A DNA stretch of 64,000 nucleotides, taken from NCBI GenBank assembly GCA_013265495.1, contig MU059052.1, forward strand, positions 7,136,718 through 7,200,717, given 5' to 3'. This document shows, one piece after another, positions 52,070 through 64,000 of this stretch. The translations under genes and the position numbers were made by a program. Within the stretch, counting starts at the first letter, position 1. Each line of letters starts with the position of its first letter. Source of the stretch: Vicugna vicugna (taxonomy: Eukaryota). The notes below the pieces were generated by a model. That model was given only the letters and a program-made list of their open reading frames with translations. It was not told the origin of the DNA and made no database searches.

Positions 52070-53085
52070 TGGAAGTATGGAAGCAAAGTCAGAAGAAGTG
52101 ATGAATTCTAGATATACTTTGAAAATAGAGCAAACTGAACTTGCTGATGGACTTGATGTGAATATGAGAATATGTAAAGTGTCACTACTTTGTTTTGGCA
52201 ATTAAACATTTTGACTTGACTAGTTAATGAGAAATGAAAGACTAAAGGGAGAGTACGTTTATGGAGTCTGAAGATCAAGAGTCTGGTTTTGAATGTGGTT
52301 TGAGATGCATATTAGATACCTAAGTAGACATGTTGAGGAGGAAGCTGAATGTTTAATAGGTTGTATGAGCATATAAGAGCCTGTGGCAGGCAGAATCTTG
52401 CCCTCCTCCCCCCTCCTCCAAAGCTTTTCATGTCCTGCTCCACCAGAATCTGTGAATATGTGAGTTTACATAGCAATGGGGATTAAGATTGCTAATCAGT
52501 GGGCCATAAAATAGAGATTATGCTGGATTATCAGGGTTGGCCCAAAGTAATTACAAAGGTCTGTAAATGTGGAAGTGGGAGGCAGAAGTGTCAGTGTTAA
52601 AGTGATGGACTGTGAGAAAGACTCCACTGGCCATCGCTGGCTCTGAAGATGGAGGAAGAGGCCACATGCCAAGGACTGCAGCAGCCTCTGGAAGATAGAA
52701 AAGGCGAGGAAAAAGTTCTTTCCTAGAGCCCCCAGAAAGGAGGGCAGCCTGTTGGCACCTTGATTTTAGCCCAGTGAGATCCATTTCTGACTTCTGTCCT
52801 CCAGAACTCAAGGAAGATTTTGCATTGTTTTAAGCCACTAAGTCTGTGTAACTCAGGTAGAAGAATGGCACCAGATTTCTCAGCATTAACAATGGATGAG
52901 AAAAACACCAGCAGCAATAGTGATGCCTTCTTCCTGAAGTGACAGATGGGAGTGAGAGGACCAAGTCTCCATGAGACTATTTCAGAGAAAAAACAAACAA
53001 ACAAACAAAACGTATAAATGTCATGTTTGAGTGACTTGAGAGGAGATATACAGGTTTGGGAGAGAGGGGGAGCCGCCAAACTAGT
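52070..53085 (-). mobile_element. L2 LINE fragment interrupted by an MLT1D LTR
   Basis: gaattctagatatactttgaaaatagagc...cttgctgatggacttgatgtg...tttgagatgcatattagatacctaagtagacatgttgag; L2-like sequence resumes near 52940. Confidence 0.65.
52382..52856 (+). mobile_element. MLT1D MaLR solo LTR
   Basis: tgtggcaggcagaat...gagattatgctggattatc...gctggctctgaagatggaggaagaggcc...caccttgattttagcccagtgagatccatttctgacttctg...aagccactaagt. Confidence 0.9.
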
Positions 53086-53199
53086 GATAGGTACACAGAA
53101 AACTAAACAAATGAAAACGAAACCTAAAGAAACAACAGGAAAATAAGCACTCATATTACCAAGTTAAGCCTGACCTCTGGCAATAGTCACCTATTCATA

Positions 53200-53470
53200 A
53201 CAATGCAAACATGAAGTCTTAAATTAACAAAAATTGTGGTGTATTGGGAGGATAAGGAGAGGGAAAGCATGTTAACAGTGGAGATGTTATAAACTCTCTA
53301 AAACGGGAAGTAAACTAAAAGCTGAAAATTCAAGAAACAGCAAAATACATTAAATACATTATTTAGAAATGTGAAGGTAATTACAAGATATAACTAAAAA
53401 AAGTTGGAAGTGATGGCCACTGGGAATGATTCTGCTGCTTCTAATTAAAGATTTTAGAACCTCTGCATCT
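53200..53470 (+). mobile_element. L1MD/ME 3' UTR fragment
   Basis: aatacattatttagaaatgtgaaggtaattacaagatataact. Confidence 0.5.
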
Positions 53471-54471
53471 GTTACTTTGATTTAAAAAAAATTAAAAAAT
53501 AGATTTAAAAAGAGTAAAAAAAAAAAGTGTAAATAAACGTTGGAGTTTACCACCAGCAGAGGATGAGTATTTCCTGGCAATCAACAGAGACGCCGGGAAA
53601 AAATGGCCTCCTTTGGCATAGGCTAGGCCAGCCTTAATCAACATTAGTCAGTAGAAAATTATCTAAAATAGCACAGCATAACAACACGAAGGTTTAAATG
53701 TTTTAAAGGTATGTTATGACACTCAAAATAACATGACTAAGATGGCAGAAAGTCCTTTTATTAATAATACTGTGTTCTTCCTTATAGACAGAAAATTAAA
53801 GTAACTTACAAAATATTTTAGGAGAGTTATTTCCTTTTTTTGCCTAAAAGTGACTATCCGTTCCTTTATGAAGAACAACAAGGTCATCTGATCACCTCGT
53901 GTAGGGAAGACACTGATTAAAGAGAAAAAGGTTCCCCTCTCAATATGAGTTGTGCCTGGAAGATAAGGAAAGAAGCCATCCCCAGATGCAGTGTAGAAGA
54001 GGACAGAGCAATAAAAAGGAAGAATGAAGGGAGGAAACTGGGATGATGCTTCGAAAATAGGCGCAGGAGAAGCAGAGCTAAGTTGGTAAAAATTAACTCA
54101 TCAATTTGTGAACCAGTTCTTAAGACGCATCGGACTAAACATGATCTAAAGTTCCTTACAGCTCTAAAATTTAGTGATATTGAGAGGCTGAGACCTATTT
54201 TGTGTATGATGTGAATATGATTTATTTGCTGCCATAGGGCAAGATCTGTGTCTAGCTTAGCACAGTACATGGAACAGCATGACAAGTAAGTAGGATGCCC
54301 AAGTGATTTATTGTCCAAAGTGGGACATTTTGATAAAGAGAAATTACAGGCCTACATCATGACTAGTTGAGAGCAAACTGAACGTATGGTCGCCCTACAC
54401 AGAGATGACTTCTTATGCTATGTAACAATACCTCAGCCACTGGACTGCCTGCATGAAATAAGCAGCTGTGT

Positions 54472-54627
54472 NNNNNNNNNNNNNNNNNNNNNNNNNNNNN
54501 NNNNNNNNNNNNNNNNNNNNNNNNNNNNNNNNNNNNNNNNNNNNNNNNNNNNNNNNNNNNNNNNNNNNNNNNNNNNNNNNNNNNNNNNNNNNNNNNNNNN
54601 NNNNNNNNNNNNNNNNNNNNNNNNNNN
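54472..54627. other. N block (156 nt), content unknown
   Basis: Run of N. Confidence 0.95.
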
Positions 54628-55699
54628 CAAGCCAGTGCCTTTGAACTTTGCGTGGTTGGAAGTGAATTTCATCAGTGGCTTTCCTCTGACCCATAGCAAA
54701 GAGAAGAATTTCTGTTGATCCACCCCTGATTGTTGACAAGTCAAGAGACCAGGCAGCAGTTTGCATAAAGCTCTACATTCAAGGGTAACCAGAGCATTCA
54801 CTGCTCTGTGCAACTCTTCAAGGCAGCATAATACGTAAGTAGCAGAAGCTGGGTAATAAAATAAGGAGGTGATAGGGATCAGGGACTAGATCTGTGGTGT
54901 GATGAGGAAATTAGAAGTTAGTAATGACAGAGAATACAACTTTAGAGAGTGGAAAAGTTTCCTACACAAATCTCAGCTCAGAAGTTGGGTATATGTTTCT
55001 ACATTGGAAGCTATCTGTATCATATACCAGAGAACAGTTAGTGAACAATTTTCCTTCTCTTTTGCGAGGCATAATCCAAAGAGTTATTATGTTAGGGGTG
55101 GATGGGTGGGTTTAGAGAAGAGGATGGACCTGGTGCCTAGAATACCACCCTGAGCAAAGCTGAAATCTGGTTAGACCTATCCTTGGATCGTAACTTTAAC
55201 AACAAATAGGGATCTCTGTAATAAACTAGATTTTTGGCAGGCCATGAGAGCTATCATGGAGAGGTCATTTAAATAGAAGATAAAGATTGTTTTAAAAATT
55301 AACTTTCCATTAATGATCATCAAAGAACTATTTCTAGACACAAAAAAGCTTTGAAAACATAAGAACATGGTTGTTATGGGGTCAGAGGGCATCCCATCAT
55401 TCTTATACCTGCCCAGTAGTGACAGATGAGCCACAAAGAAGCATTTTATGGTTTTTTCTAAGTGATATTTAGAAGGAATATGAAAAAGTGTGTAATTTTG
55501 TTGTAAAATGCATAGACATAAAAAAATTACATCTCTTCTATTGGTATGGTTTGTTTAACTGGACTTTCCCATAGATCAGTGTATGGTTTTAAACATAAAA
55601 TACATAAAAGAAGTGATTAACTATCTTGATTTTATACTTCAGACACTTTTTTTCCTTCATTTTAAACTTCATAATGATTGTCTATTTGTAATGAGAATC

Positions 55700-55875
55700 C
55701 TTAAATATTGGAAAGATGCTTAGAGATCATTTAGTTCAACCCCCTTATTTATAGTTGAAGTAACCGAGACCTTGAAGGGTGACCCAAGGTCAGACTTACC
55801 TCAGGTCATGCACCTTATAAATGGAGACTGAAGACTCACAACCAGATCTCCCGGCTCCAAGTTCACTGCTGTATT
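55700..55875 (-). mobile_element. MIR SINE
   Basis: cttagagatcatttagttcaacccccttatttatagttgaagtaaccgagacc...gacccaaggtca...ccagatctcccggctccaagttca. Confidence 0.8.
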
Positions 55876-56523
55876 TTTTCAACTGTTTTTAAAATGTAAG
55901 GCTTATATTTCATATTGACATGTTTATGAAGAGCTAAGCCTGATTATGGCATAATATAACTTAAAGCCATATTGAATCTTTGGAACTGAAATATAAGCAA
56001 ACTAACACTTGTTAAGCTAGTTAACTATTCTTCTTCCTAATGGGCTTAATAATCCATCATTTGACCTTTGTAATTTCTTCTAATGCTCACTTATACAAGT
56101 ATAACAGACATGTGCAGTCTTAATGGCTATGCACATATTGCAATATTCATGTATATATATATTTAAAATTTACATTGTAAAATATTAGAATTTTAGAGAT
56201 TCTAGAAAAATGAGGTCATAATTTTTCAGTTAATAGTCAATACGTACATAAAAATTATATAGGCTACCATCTGTAGAATGCATAATTTATATTTATGCTA
56301 AATAGCTAGGTATTTTAGTACAGCTTTCAGTGGCTGCATTTTTCAGCTCTGTGTTTAAAACCACCTGCTCACTCATCAGAAGACACTGTTTCGGTTTCAC
56401 TCCAGCCCTAGAAATCATCATTCAAGCACTTTATTGTATGGTGTGACTTTTTCTGACAACATCTGTTGCTCTGAAACAGAAAAGTACCCAGAGTGACAAA
56501 GAGGGTGTTTGCTACTATCTTAC

Positions 56524-56925
56524 CCATGCTGAAAAGATGGGCCAGAGAAGCCATCCAACCCATAACAATGTGAAAATCTTTATATGAAGTAGTTCANNNN
56601 NNNNNNNNNNNNNNNNNNNNNNNNNNNNNNNNNNNNNNNNNNNNNNNNNNNNNNNNNNNNNNNNNNNNNNNNNNNNNNNNNNNNNNNNNNNNNNNNNNNN
56701 NNNNNNNNNNNNNNNNNNNNNNNNNNNNNNNNNNNNNNNNNNNNNNNNNNNNNNNNNNNNNNNNNNNNNNNNNNNNNNNNNNNNNNNNNNNNNNNNNNNN
56801 NNNNNNNNNNNNNNNNNNNNNNNNNNNNNNNTCTGTAACAATGGCACCGCATTCTTCACGTTGACAAAAGTATCATCAACATCATGCAGTGCGGCCCCAG
56901 ATGATGTCAGGATGGTAAATGAACA
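56524..56925 (-). CDS. Candidate 402-nt phase 0-0 coding exon spanning an N block, unassigned
   Basis: Acceptor tctttctgtttgaAG|, donor TGG|GTAAGA, same frame open on both readable flanks (CSFTILTSSGAALHDVDDTFVNVKNAVPLLQ...ELLHIKIFTLLWVGWLLWPIFSAW). The middle 235 nt is unreadable. Confidence 0.2.
56597..56831. other. N block (235 nt), content unknown
   Basis: Run of N. Confidence 0.95.
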
Positions 56926-59900
56926 CTTCAAACAGAAAGATCAATGATGAAGGTGAACCAAACCCCTCTGAAAACTCCAAACTGAAACTGGTCATTTCTT
57001 GACATTGTTCTCGTAAAACTTTAGTTAGGAAACACCCAATTCTCCTTTTTAAAGGCCCTCTCACATGGCTTTTCAAGTGCAACAACAGAATGTATACAGA
57101 ATAGTCAATTTCCAGAAATAAGGTTATCAAGTAGACTCCACCGACCTCCCAGCCTCCCAGTCAGCCCAAAATCTGTCAGTGCAGTGATCTTTTAATAATT
57201 AAACTGCTCTTGTAGGCTTCTTAGGAAAGTTATTTAACAAGAACTAGCATCACTCTAAATAGTCAGGCCATCATCTGGGTTGAAAACAGGTTTGGGCTTA
57301 TCTAAATAAGCTTGTGGCATTAGTTATGGTTCATAGAATATTTATTTAGAACATTGTATAATGTTCACTAAAGGGAAGAACTGCTGAAAGCAATTTTTGA
57401 ACTCAGCAAATTTGTGAGATTTACACCCCTACCCGCCACATGCCTTTGTCTCAAAAATGAATTCTAATCTCTGCCTCTTAGTAGGATCTCAATGTTCAGA
57501 ATGCTTCTGATTTTTCATATGGCTAGAAAGACCCTACATACTTGGTACACTTACTTTTATGTTCTCATTTTGACTGATTTTGTTTTGTGCACTACGTTTT
57601 CTAGATGTTTGTGTTTTAATTGAAAGTCTGGAACCACACACAAATAAAGAACAATGATCTATAAAATCGCTATTCTATGACAGGCACTTTTCTAAATACT
57701 GGGATGTAACAGAGAGAGAGAGAGAGGGAATTCCTATCTCTGGAGCTTAGATTCTAGTCGACATAGAAGATAAACTTTAAAATTTATTATGTTATTAGAA
57801 CTAAACATTGCAAGCTACAAAAAAGAGGAGTAACTGCTTTTCCTTAACAGGTAAGATAAAAATAACTTAGTCTGCTTTTAAAATATAAACACTTGATATA
57901 CAATTTGCAAGTAATAGAAACAGTAATATAAGGTTGTATGTGGATCCACTGAACTTACACTGTTCCTGGACCATGGCTGTGTAATAAAAGAGGTTTTCTA
58001 TGCATTTCAGCCAATTCTATTCTTTTTACAAAAATAAAACATTCTGACAAAAGAGATTTTACTGGGAGACTTGGGGTTTTAATGCCCTTTAAAATCACAT
58101 GCAATTTTAAAGCTCTGTGTATATGGTTGTCATCAGCATACAATCTTAGTGTCTTGCATGTGCAAAATGTTCTGGTAGACCAAGGGAAACCAGTGAGTTA
58201 AGATTTTATATACAAGGCTAACAGTTAATAATAAAGCAGGACACACAGGCTGAATGACAGAACAAGATAGCAAGTACTAAGAAAATTTAAATGATATAAA
58301 AATGTAAGGGCTATAAATTCAGAAAAGGTAATAATCATTATCAAAGATGTATTCAAGAAGACTTTGTGGAATAAGAAAGAATTAAGCTGGACCCTGAAGA
58401 GTTATACATACATAGCCAATAGCCTAATGTCTTTGTTTTGTTAGTGCCTTGTTTGGAGACATGTTGCATGGGATAGCATTATTGTAATACAGAAGGCATT
58501 CAAGAAGTCTACATTTGGTTGGGTACAGGCATGAACAGCTAGAAAAGAAAATTTAAATAGAAAATGCAAGTTTCCTTTGGGGAAGACAACTTATTTCCTC
58601 TTTACCATGAAATGGACCAATATAATCAACCTCCCACCAAGTCCTGATGTATTCAATGCCCTAACTGGAGTTTAGTGTGGTCATGTTGGTAAGTTGTGCA
58701 CATCACGCCCTCCACAATGAAGTCATCCTTGGTACAGGGACACCCATGTTGTTGAGCCCATGTATAATTTTTATTCTGCCTCCTGACCATGTTGCTTATG
58801 AACTTTTTGAGTTAACTCACTTCAAGAAGAAGGTGACCAATATCCAAAGAGAGTCACTGGGATCCTTCTGAAAAGAAATCAGGCATTGGGGTCACTTTGA
58901 GTGCTTCATTCATTACTTTCTTCTCCCATCTTCCTTGACACCAATGCTTCAGTTTTTCTCCATCTATATTCATCATCATTAAGTTAGATGATTAGATGTT
59001 GCCAATTTTTATAGCTCTTGACCTTACACCATCTCACCTTCTGAGCAGAACAGAAATTTTCTTGCATTTTTGCCCACTGAGATGACTCAGATGTTGTAAT
59101 TCAGTAGCAACCAGCTTTTACTGGATGTGACATATTGAGATGCCAACTATGGCCAAAGTTTGAGACTTTTTTATCCTCAGCTCACCAGTAAGTAGAAACA
59201 AACCATGAGGTCATAAATGTGGCTCAAAAGGCCGAGTAATACTTCAGGAATAGGCATATTATAGCAAAATCTTTTTATGTTTCATTCTCCAGAATTGCAT
59301 CACATACTTATTCCAAAAGTGTTCTTGGGAAGGGAAACAGAATTTTCAAGTTGCCTTAAATTATCAAAATTTATTCCATGATAGATGGCCACATTATATC
59401 TGAACAAAATTTGATTCCATTATAAGGAAACAGGTGCACTGATTATGACATGTGACCAGTTTGCCACAGTCCCCATAAGTAAGAAATCAAACCTAAAAAT
59501 ATGTCTGGTCTCCTATGTTGAGGCAACCTCAAATCTATATCCACAAATTCTTTAACCACTTGATGATGAAATTATTGAACTCAGCAATTCTCCATTAAAC
59601 ATAAATTGTTTATTTTGCTCTGATTATGCATTTTATTTTTCAGACAGTGATGAGTTCAAATTTCAGTCATAATATTGTAACGAAAGTTGGTGCAAACTGT
59701 CTTCCAGAAGTAAGACATTAAAAGGGAATATTTCAGAGGGCTTGGAGATTATTTCTCAGTTTTCTCATGATTATTCCCATTCTAATTGTTTGGATTCCAC
59801 TTTTACCCCACCTATGCTTTTTATATAATACAACTGACAAAGGTCAAAATCCAGTAACTATTATTTCTCAGTAGGCCAAGAATAAATTTTTCAATTTGTT

Positions 59901-59944
59901 TTTAGTAATCTCAACTTAACTATTCCAACCAGTAAAATAGTTTC

Positions 59945-60140
59945 TCTTATTGGGAGTCTGACTTTGAACAAGCCCTTGAACCAATCAGTTCATTTTCTTC
60001 ATTGATGAAAATGGGAATAAGAATACCTATTCTTAGACATAGGTTGGGAGGATTAAATAAGATACTGAATACTTTTATAAAAGACTTAGACAACATGCAG
60101 GTACACGTCAATAAAAATGTAATGCAATCACACTATTAAT
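59945..60140 (+). mobile_element. MIR SINE
   Basis: gactttgaacaagcccttgaaccaatcagttcattttcttcattgatgaaaatgggaataagaatacct...gggaggattaaataagat. Confidence 0.7.
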
Positions 60141-60284
60141 ATTATGATCAACAAATAAGTGAACATAGCTGTTTAAGATGATCTCCAAATGAGGCAAATT
60201 AAATCTGTTTTTTCCTCTATGTAATACAACTAGGATATAAATTACTTATGATACACAACTTTATGTGACTTACACAATTTCAGG

Positions 60285-61670
60285 AATTTCCTTTAATATT
60301 TCTTAGGGTGTAGATTTGCTAGCAATGGTTAATTTTCTTCTCTCTGAAACTATCCCTCTTTCACCTTTATTCTGAAAGGCTAATTTTGTTGGATATAGAA
60401 GTGTGGGGTGACAGTGTTAACCTTCAGTATTTTAATGATGTTTCCCACTGTTTTTTTTTTTTTGCCTCCATAGTTTCTGATGAGTCAGGCAACATGTAAA
60501 TTGTGTTTTCTTTGTGAATAAAATGTCAATATACTCTTTTTGCTTTTAAGATTTTTCTTTTTAGTTTTCAGAAGTTTGCCTATGATGTGCTTTTAAGAGG
60601 CACCTTTTCCTGAATGAATTTGCAGAGACTCCTGAATATCTGCATTTAAGTCTTTACCAAATTTAGGAAGTCTTCAGCCACTTATTTTTTTATTACTATT
60701 TTTGCTCAATTCATGATCCTCTCTTCTGTCTAACTCCAATTACATATATAGTAAACCTTTTGAAAGTCTCATGGGTTCCTGAGATTCTGTTCTTTTTTGT
60801 TTTGTTTTTAACTTCTTACCTCTCTTTAGATTGAATCTTTTCTACTGAAGCACATTAGTTCACTAACTCCTACCACTTTTATGCTACGTACAATCTGCAG
60901 TTAAAGCCATTTACTGAGTTCTTAATTTTTAGATACAGAATTTTTATTTCTCTGCTGAGATTTCCTATCTTCCCATTTATTGTGAACACATTTTCCTTTA
61001 TACTCTTGAGCACAATTATAATAACTATTTAAAATTCTATGTCAAATTCCAATGCAGATATTTGAGAATTCGGTTTCCTTATTATCTTTTCTTTTGAAAA
61101 GAATCCATCTGTTCCATTTTTGTCTGTCTAGTAACTTTGGATACTACACTGGACATTTTGCCATTATGTCCTGCACACTTTGGATTCTGTTATAGTCATC
61201 CATGATGATGTATATTTTTGGTGGGTCATTAACTCAGTAGAACACAGTCAAAAAAAAAACTGTCTCCTGAGAAGATCAAATGAAAGTTTAGTCCTTTCAT
61301 ATCGAGCTAGAGTATATCTAGTGCACTCACGATTTATGGTTCTGTAAGGCATCTGAACAGGGTTGAAATACCAAAAATGAGACTTTTGCTCTTTGGCTCT
61401 TTTCTTTCTAGGATTTCTCCCTCAGTATTTGGGGAGTGGTTGTCCAAAAATCTGTGCTCTGTTTTTTCAGAAGGTAAAAACTATAAAATTTCTATTAGCC
61501 TGCCCTTAGGCCAAAAGTTAAAGAAAATGGGTAACAATCTGTTATTTCCTTTGTGGAGTGTCCACTCCCCTTTGTAGTCTGCCTGCTTTTGGTAATTCCT
61601 CAATGCCTTTCAGTCACTGTCTTTTTATTTTCACCTTTACTTATAACAGCTTTCTATGGGAATGTTAAGT
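60285..61670 (-). mobile_element. L1M (MB/MC/MD-like) 5' UTR-ORF1 fragment
   Basis: gaatttcctttaatatttctt...gatttgctagcaat...tttcacctttattctgaaagg...gcctccatagtttctgatgag...aaatttaggaagtcttcagccac. Confidence 0.8.
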
Positions 61671-61899
61671 CCATTAACTGCTTAAGTGGGTGACAGGTGA
61701 AGTGGAATTCCTGCAGCATGGTTTTTGAAGTTATCTAAATCCACCCATGGAAATAGAAACTTGAATGGTAAAAGCAAACAACTACAGACAATATGTACAA
61801 CATAACTGGTGTGCAAAATATGAGCAGGTAGAAACAAAACATCAGTAGCTATAAGTGTACGTTGTGGCATCAGTAGTTCTGCAGGAGGAAGAAAAGAGA

Positions 61900-62880
61900 A
61901 GCAACCGTGAACCCCAAAATATCAACAGTCATGTATTAGAAAGGGTGGCAGGCCAATCTGAAAAAAGACAGCTGCACTGAGAGAAGTTTGCACATGTAAT
62001 GTGGTGAGAATATCGGATTCAGAGCAAGGTGAGAAGCCTGAAGCAGTCTCAGGGATGTGAATCTCAAAACTAAAACAAAACAAAAGAAAGACAAAAACCT
62101 GAACTCTTTTCCTAGACAGAGACACATACAAAAGATAACCCACTGAGACTAGAATGTAAATTAAGCAAGCTGGCAAGAATGAGAGCAAAATAAAGAAAAG
62201 GTCCAGATAAAATGGAGGAAGGACAAAAAGGGAGGCAAATTTCAAAGTATTTTGAACTTTTTGTGAAAACAACCAAAGCAGGATCCATAAGGTCATGAAA
62301 ATAGAATAACCGTCCTGACCACACCTTCCTAAACGTTTAAGTAAATGTATGTAAAATGTACAAAGTAAAAGGAATCTCATACAACACTATAAGAAATAAG
62401 AGAAGAAAGTGAATAATGTTCCCTTGGATAATAAAAGCATGCCGCAAAAAACATGTTCACAGAAATGGATAAAAATTATAACCAACTATTTCAAAATGAG
62501 CTAAATGAAAATAAACAGAAGACATGAAAGAATACCATAAATGAGAGCTGGAAACACTCAGAGAGAAAGAGAAAAAAGTCTGTAAAAAAAAAAAAGCTGA
62601 AATAAAATAAAAAATCATTTCACAAAGGCCAAAAAAAAGGTACATTAGAAGAAACACAAGAGTGAATAACAACAGATGTCTTAAGAGAAATGGAAAGTGA
62701 AGAGGAGCAATTTTTAAAACTAGAGGAGGGCTACAGTGGCATGTAGAGGTGAGTGAATCCACTCTGCAGGAAAAAGTATTCAGCGGAAAATAATTCTTAA
62801 AAAGAACTCTTCGCCAGCATTGAAACAGACTAAAGATACAAAATAAATCAAAAACTATTTATTCTTAAAAAAACTACTTG
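61900..62880 (+). mobile_element. Decayed L1 or HAL1-like ORF1 region
   Basis: Strongly A-rich with ORF1-like phrases (aaatgagctaaatgaaaataaacagaagacatgaaagaa). The minus-strand ORFs here are its hydrophobic shadows. Confidence 0.45.
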
Positions 62881-64000
62881 GGTTTTGGTTAAGAACAGGG
62901 GTAATTTGTGGCCCTTTGATCTTCAAGTCCTACCACTCCCACTATTCCAGCCCATCCCCCACCACACACACACATACACGCAACTCCCTCGAGTGTGGGC
63001 ACTTGAGCGCTGTAGCTTTACCAGAGTATAGATGGCTATAAAACCAGTAGATTTACTTGCAGGAAAAAAAAAAAAAAAGAAGGGTCAATTTTGGCCAAGG
63101 GATTCAAATTTCTAGCATTGTCAGCTAAATGTGGCAATTCTAGCACAAAACCAATTCTATAGAAAATAAATGGAAGAACCCACAGCTGGGGTGAGTGGCA
63201 AACCAGCCAGATATTTGAGAGAGAGCCCAGACGCATCTGGAAGAACTAGGTAACTTCTATACACATCTCTGGTTGACTAGGAAACTATGAATGTACACAA
63301 GAAGGTTCAAGGGAAAATAGTGGAAATTAAAAGACACAACAGAGATTTGAGGACTGGATGTGTTAGGCTGTTAGATAGAAATGAGCACCAGGCAAGGAGA
63401 GAGGAAAGGGGAGGGAGCAACCCAGAAAATAATATTAGCTTGTGCTCAGGATAAGGGGCTCCAAAAACTTCCACTTTCTCTAAATGAAGATCAGCAAAGA
63501 AGCTGGCTAGAATCAAACGCTGCAGCTGCACAGTAGAGAGAAGGACCCAGCTTAACTTGACCTAATGCTCATTATAATGTAATTAACATTACAGTTTGAG
63601 CCCCCTTCTCTAGGTTTCTCTGTGTGCATCATGGGTAAAAACTTGCCTAAAAGAGATGGGCGTGCCTGAGCACTACGAACCTGAGCTGTCAATCAGTCTG
63701 AGCACTCAAAGAACAGAAGCCATCAATAGTCAATCACGAAAACACTCCCTAAGTCAGGATATAAGAACTGGAAAAACAGAGGAGCCATTTTTCCTCTCTT
63801 AGGATGGCCTGCCCCCAATTCTCAGGGGTGTATTATATTTCACTACCTTTCTATTTCACTAATAAAATATTCTGTTTATATCATGCTCTCTGTTTCCCAT
63901 TAGAAATTCATTTTGGGGGGGGTGACTAAGAACTGAGGTAACTTTTATTACCCTCTTCCCTGTAACAAATGAACGCTGAATGCATTCTCCAACTCACACA

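Noticed and set aside
293-56831. N blocks as exactly masked exons of one gene
   Set aside because: The flanks do not give AG/GT (plus) or AC/CT (minus) at the boundaries. The 12-nt flank pyrimidine bias is weak (73/132 for plus, 63/132 for minus), so neither strand nor exon status can be fixed.
293-56831. N blocks as masked Alu or other young SINEs (sizes of about 130-180 and 310 look similar)
   Set aside because: No target-site duplications, A-tails or SINE heads appear in any flank, and the mod-8 length pattern points to a windowed algorithm. It is not fully excluded if padding hides the duplications.
61922-62762. Long hydrophobic minus-strand ORFs (152 and 101 aa) as membrane proteins
   Set aside because: They are antisense readings of A-rich decayed LINE sequence, which yields F/L-rich frames with few stops.
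163-63531. Six-frame ORF track as protein-coding genes
   Set aside because: All ORFs are short (60-179 aa), and many start at GTG or TTG, run through Ns, or lie in repeats or low-complexity DNA. None matches a protein I recognise, and the DNA is eukaryotic.

Overview
AT-rich, CpG-depleted placental mammal genomic DNA (intronic or intergenic). It is not microbial: I found no rRNA, tRNA, CRISPR array or operon, and no ORF in the six-frame track that I can assign to a known protein. Much of the window is ancient eutherian repeat (MIR, L2, L3/CR1, L1M fragments, MLT1/MLT2/LTR16 LTRs, MER5/MER20/MER58 hAT elements, probably MER121). Repeat families were recognised from memory of consensus sequences, so subfamily names and boundaries are approximate. 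An L1 3' end of cetartiodactyl type, with no Alu, B1, Bov-A/BovB, PRE1 or CHR-2 SINEs, points tentatively to a camelid. Eleven N blocks total 2260 bp. Eight of the eleven lengths are 4 mod 8 and the minimum is 132, so they look like algorithmic masks rather than assembly gaps, possibly over the most conserved elements. The host gene, if any, cannot be named. The most interesting visible signals are a 64-bp near-perfect direct repeat 745 bp apart, a strong recursive-splice-like site at 30247-30254, several CpG-enriched patches (one inside a MIR), a MER121-like element and some low-confidence candidate exons beside the masks. I do not see evidence for a novel biological system in the readable sequence.
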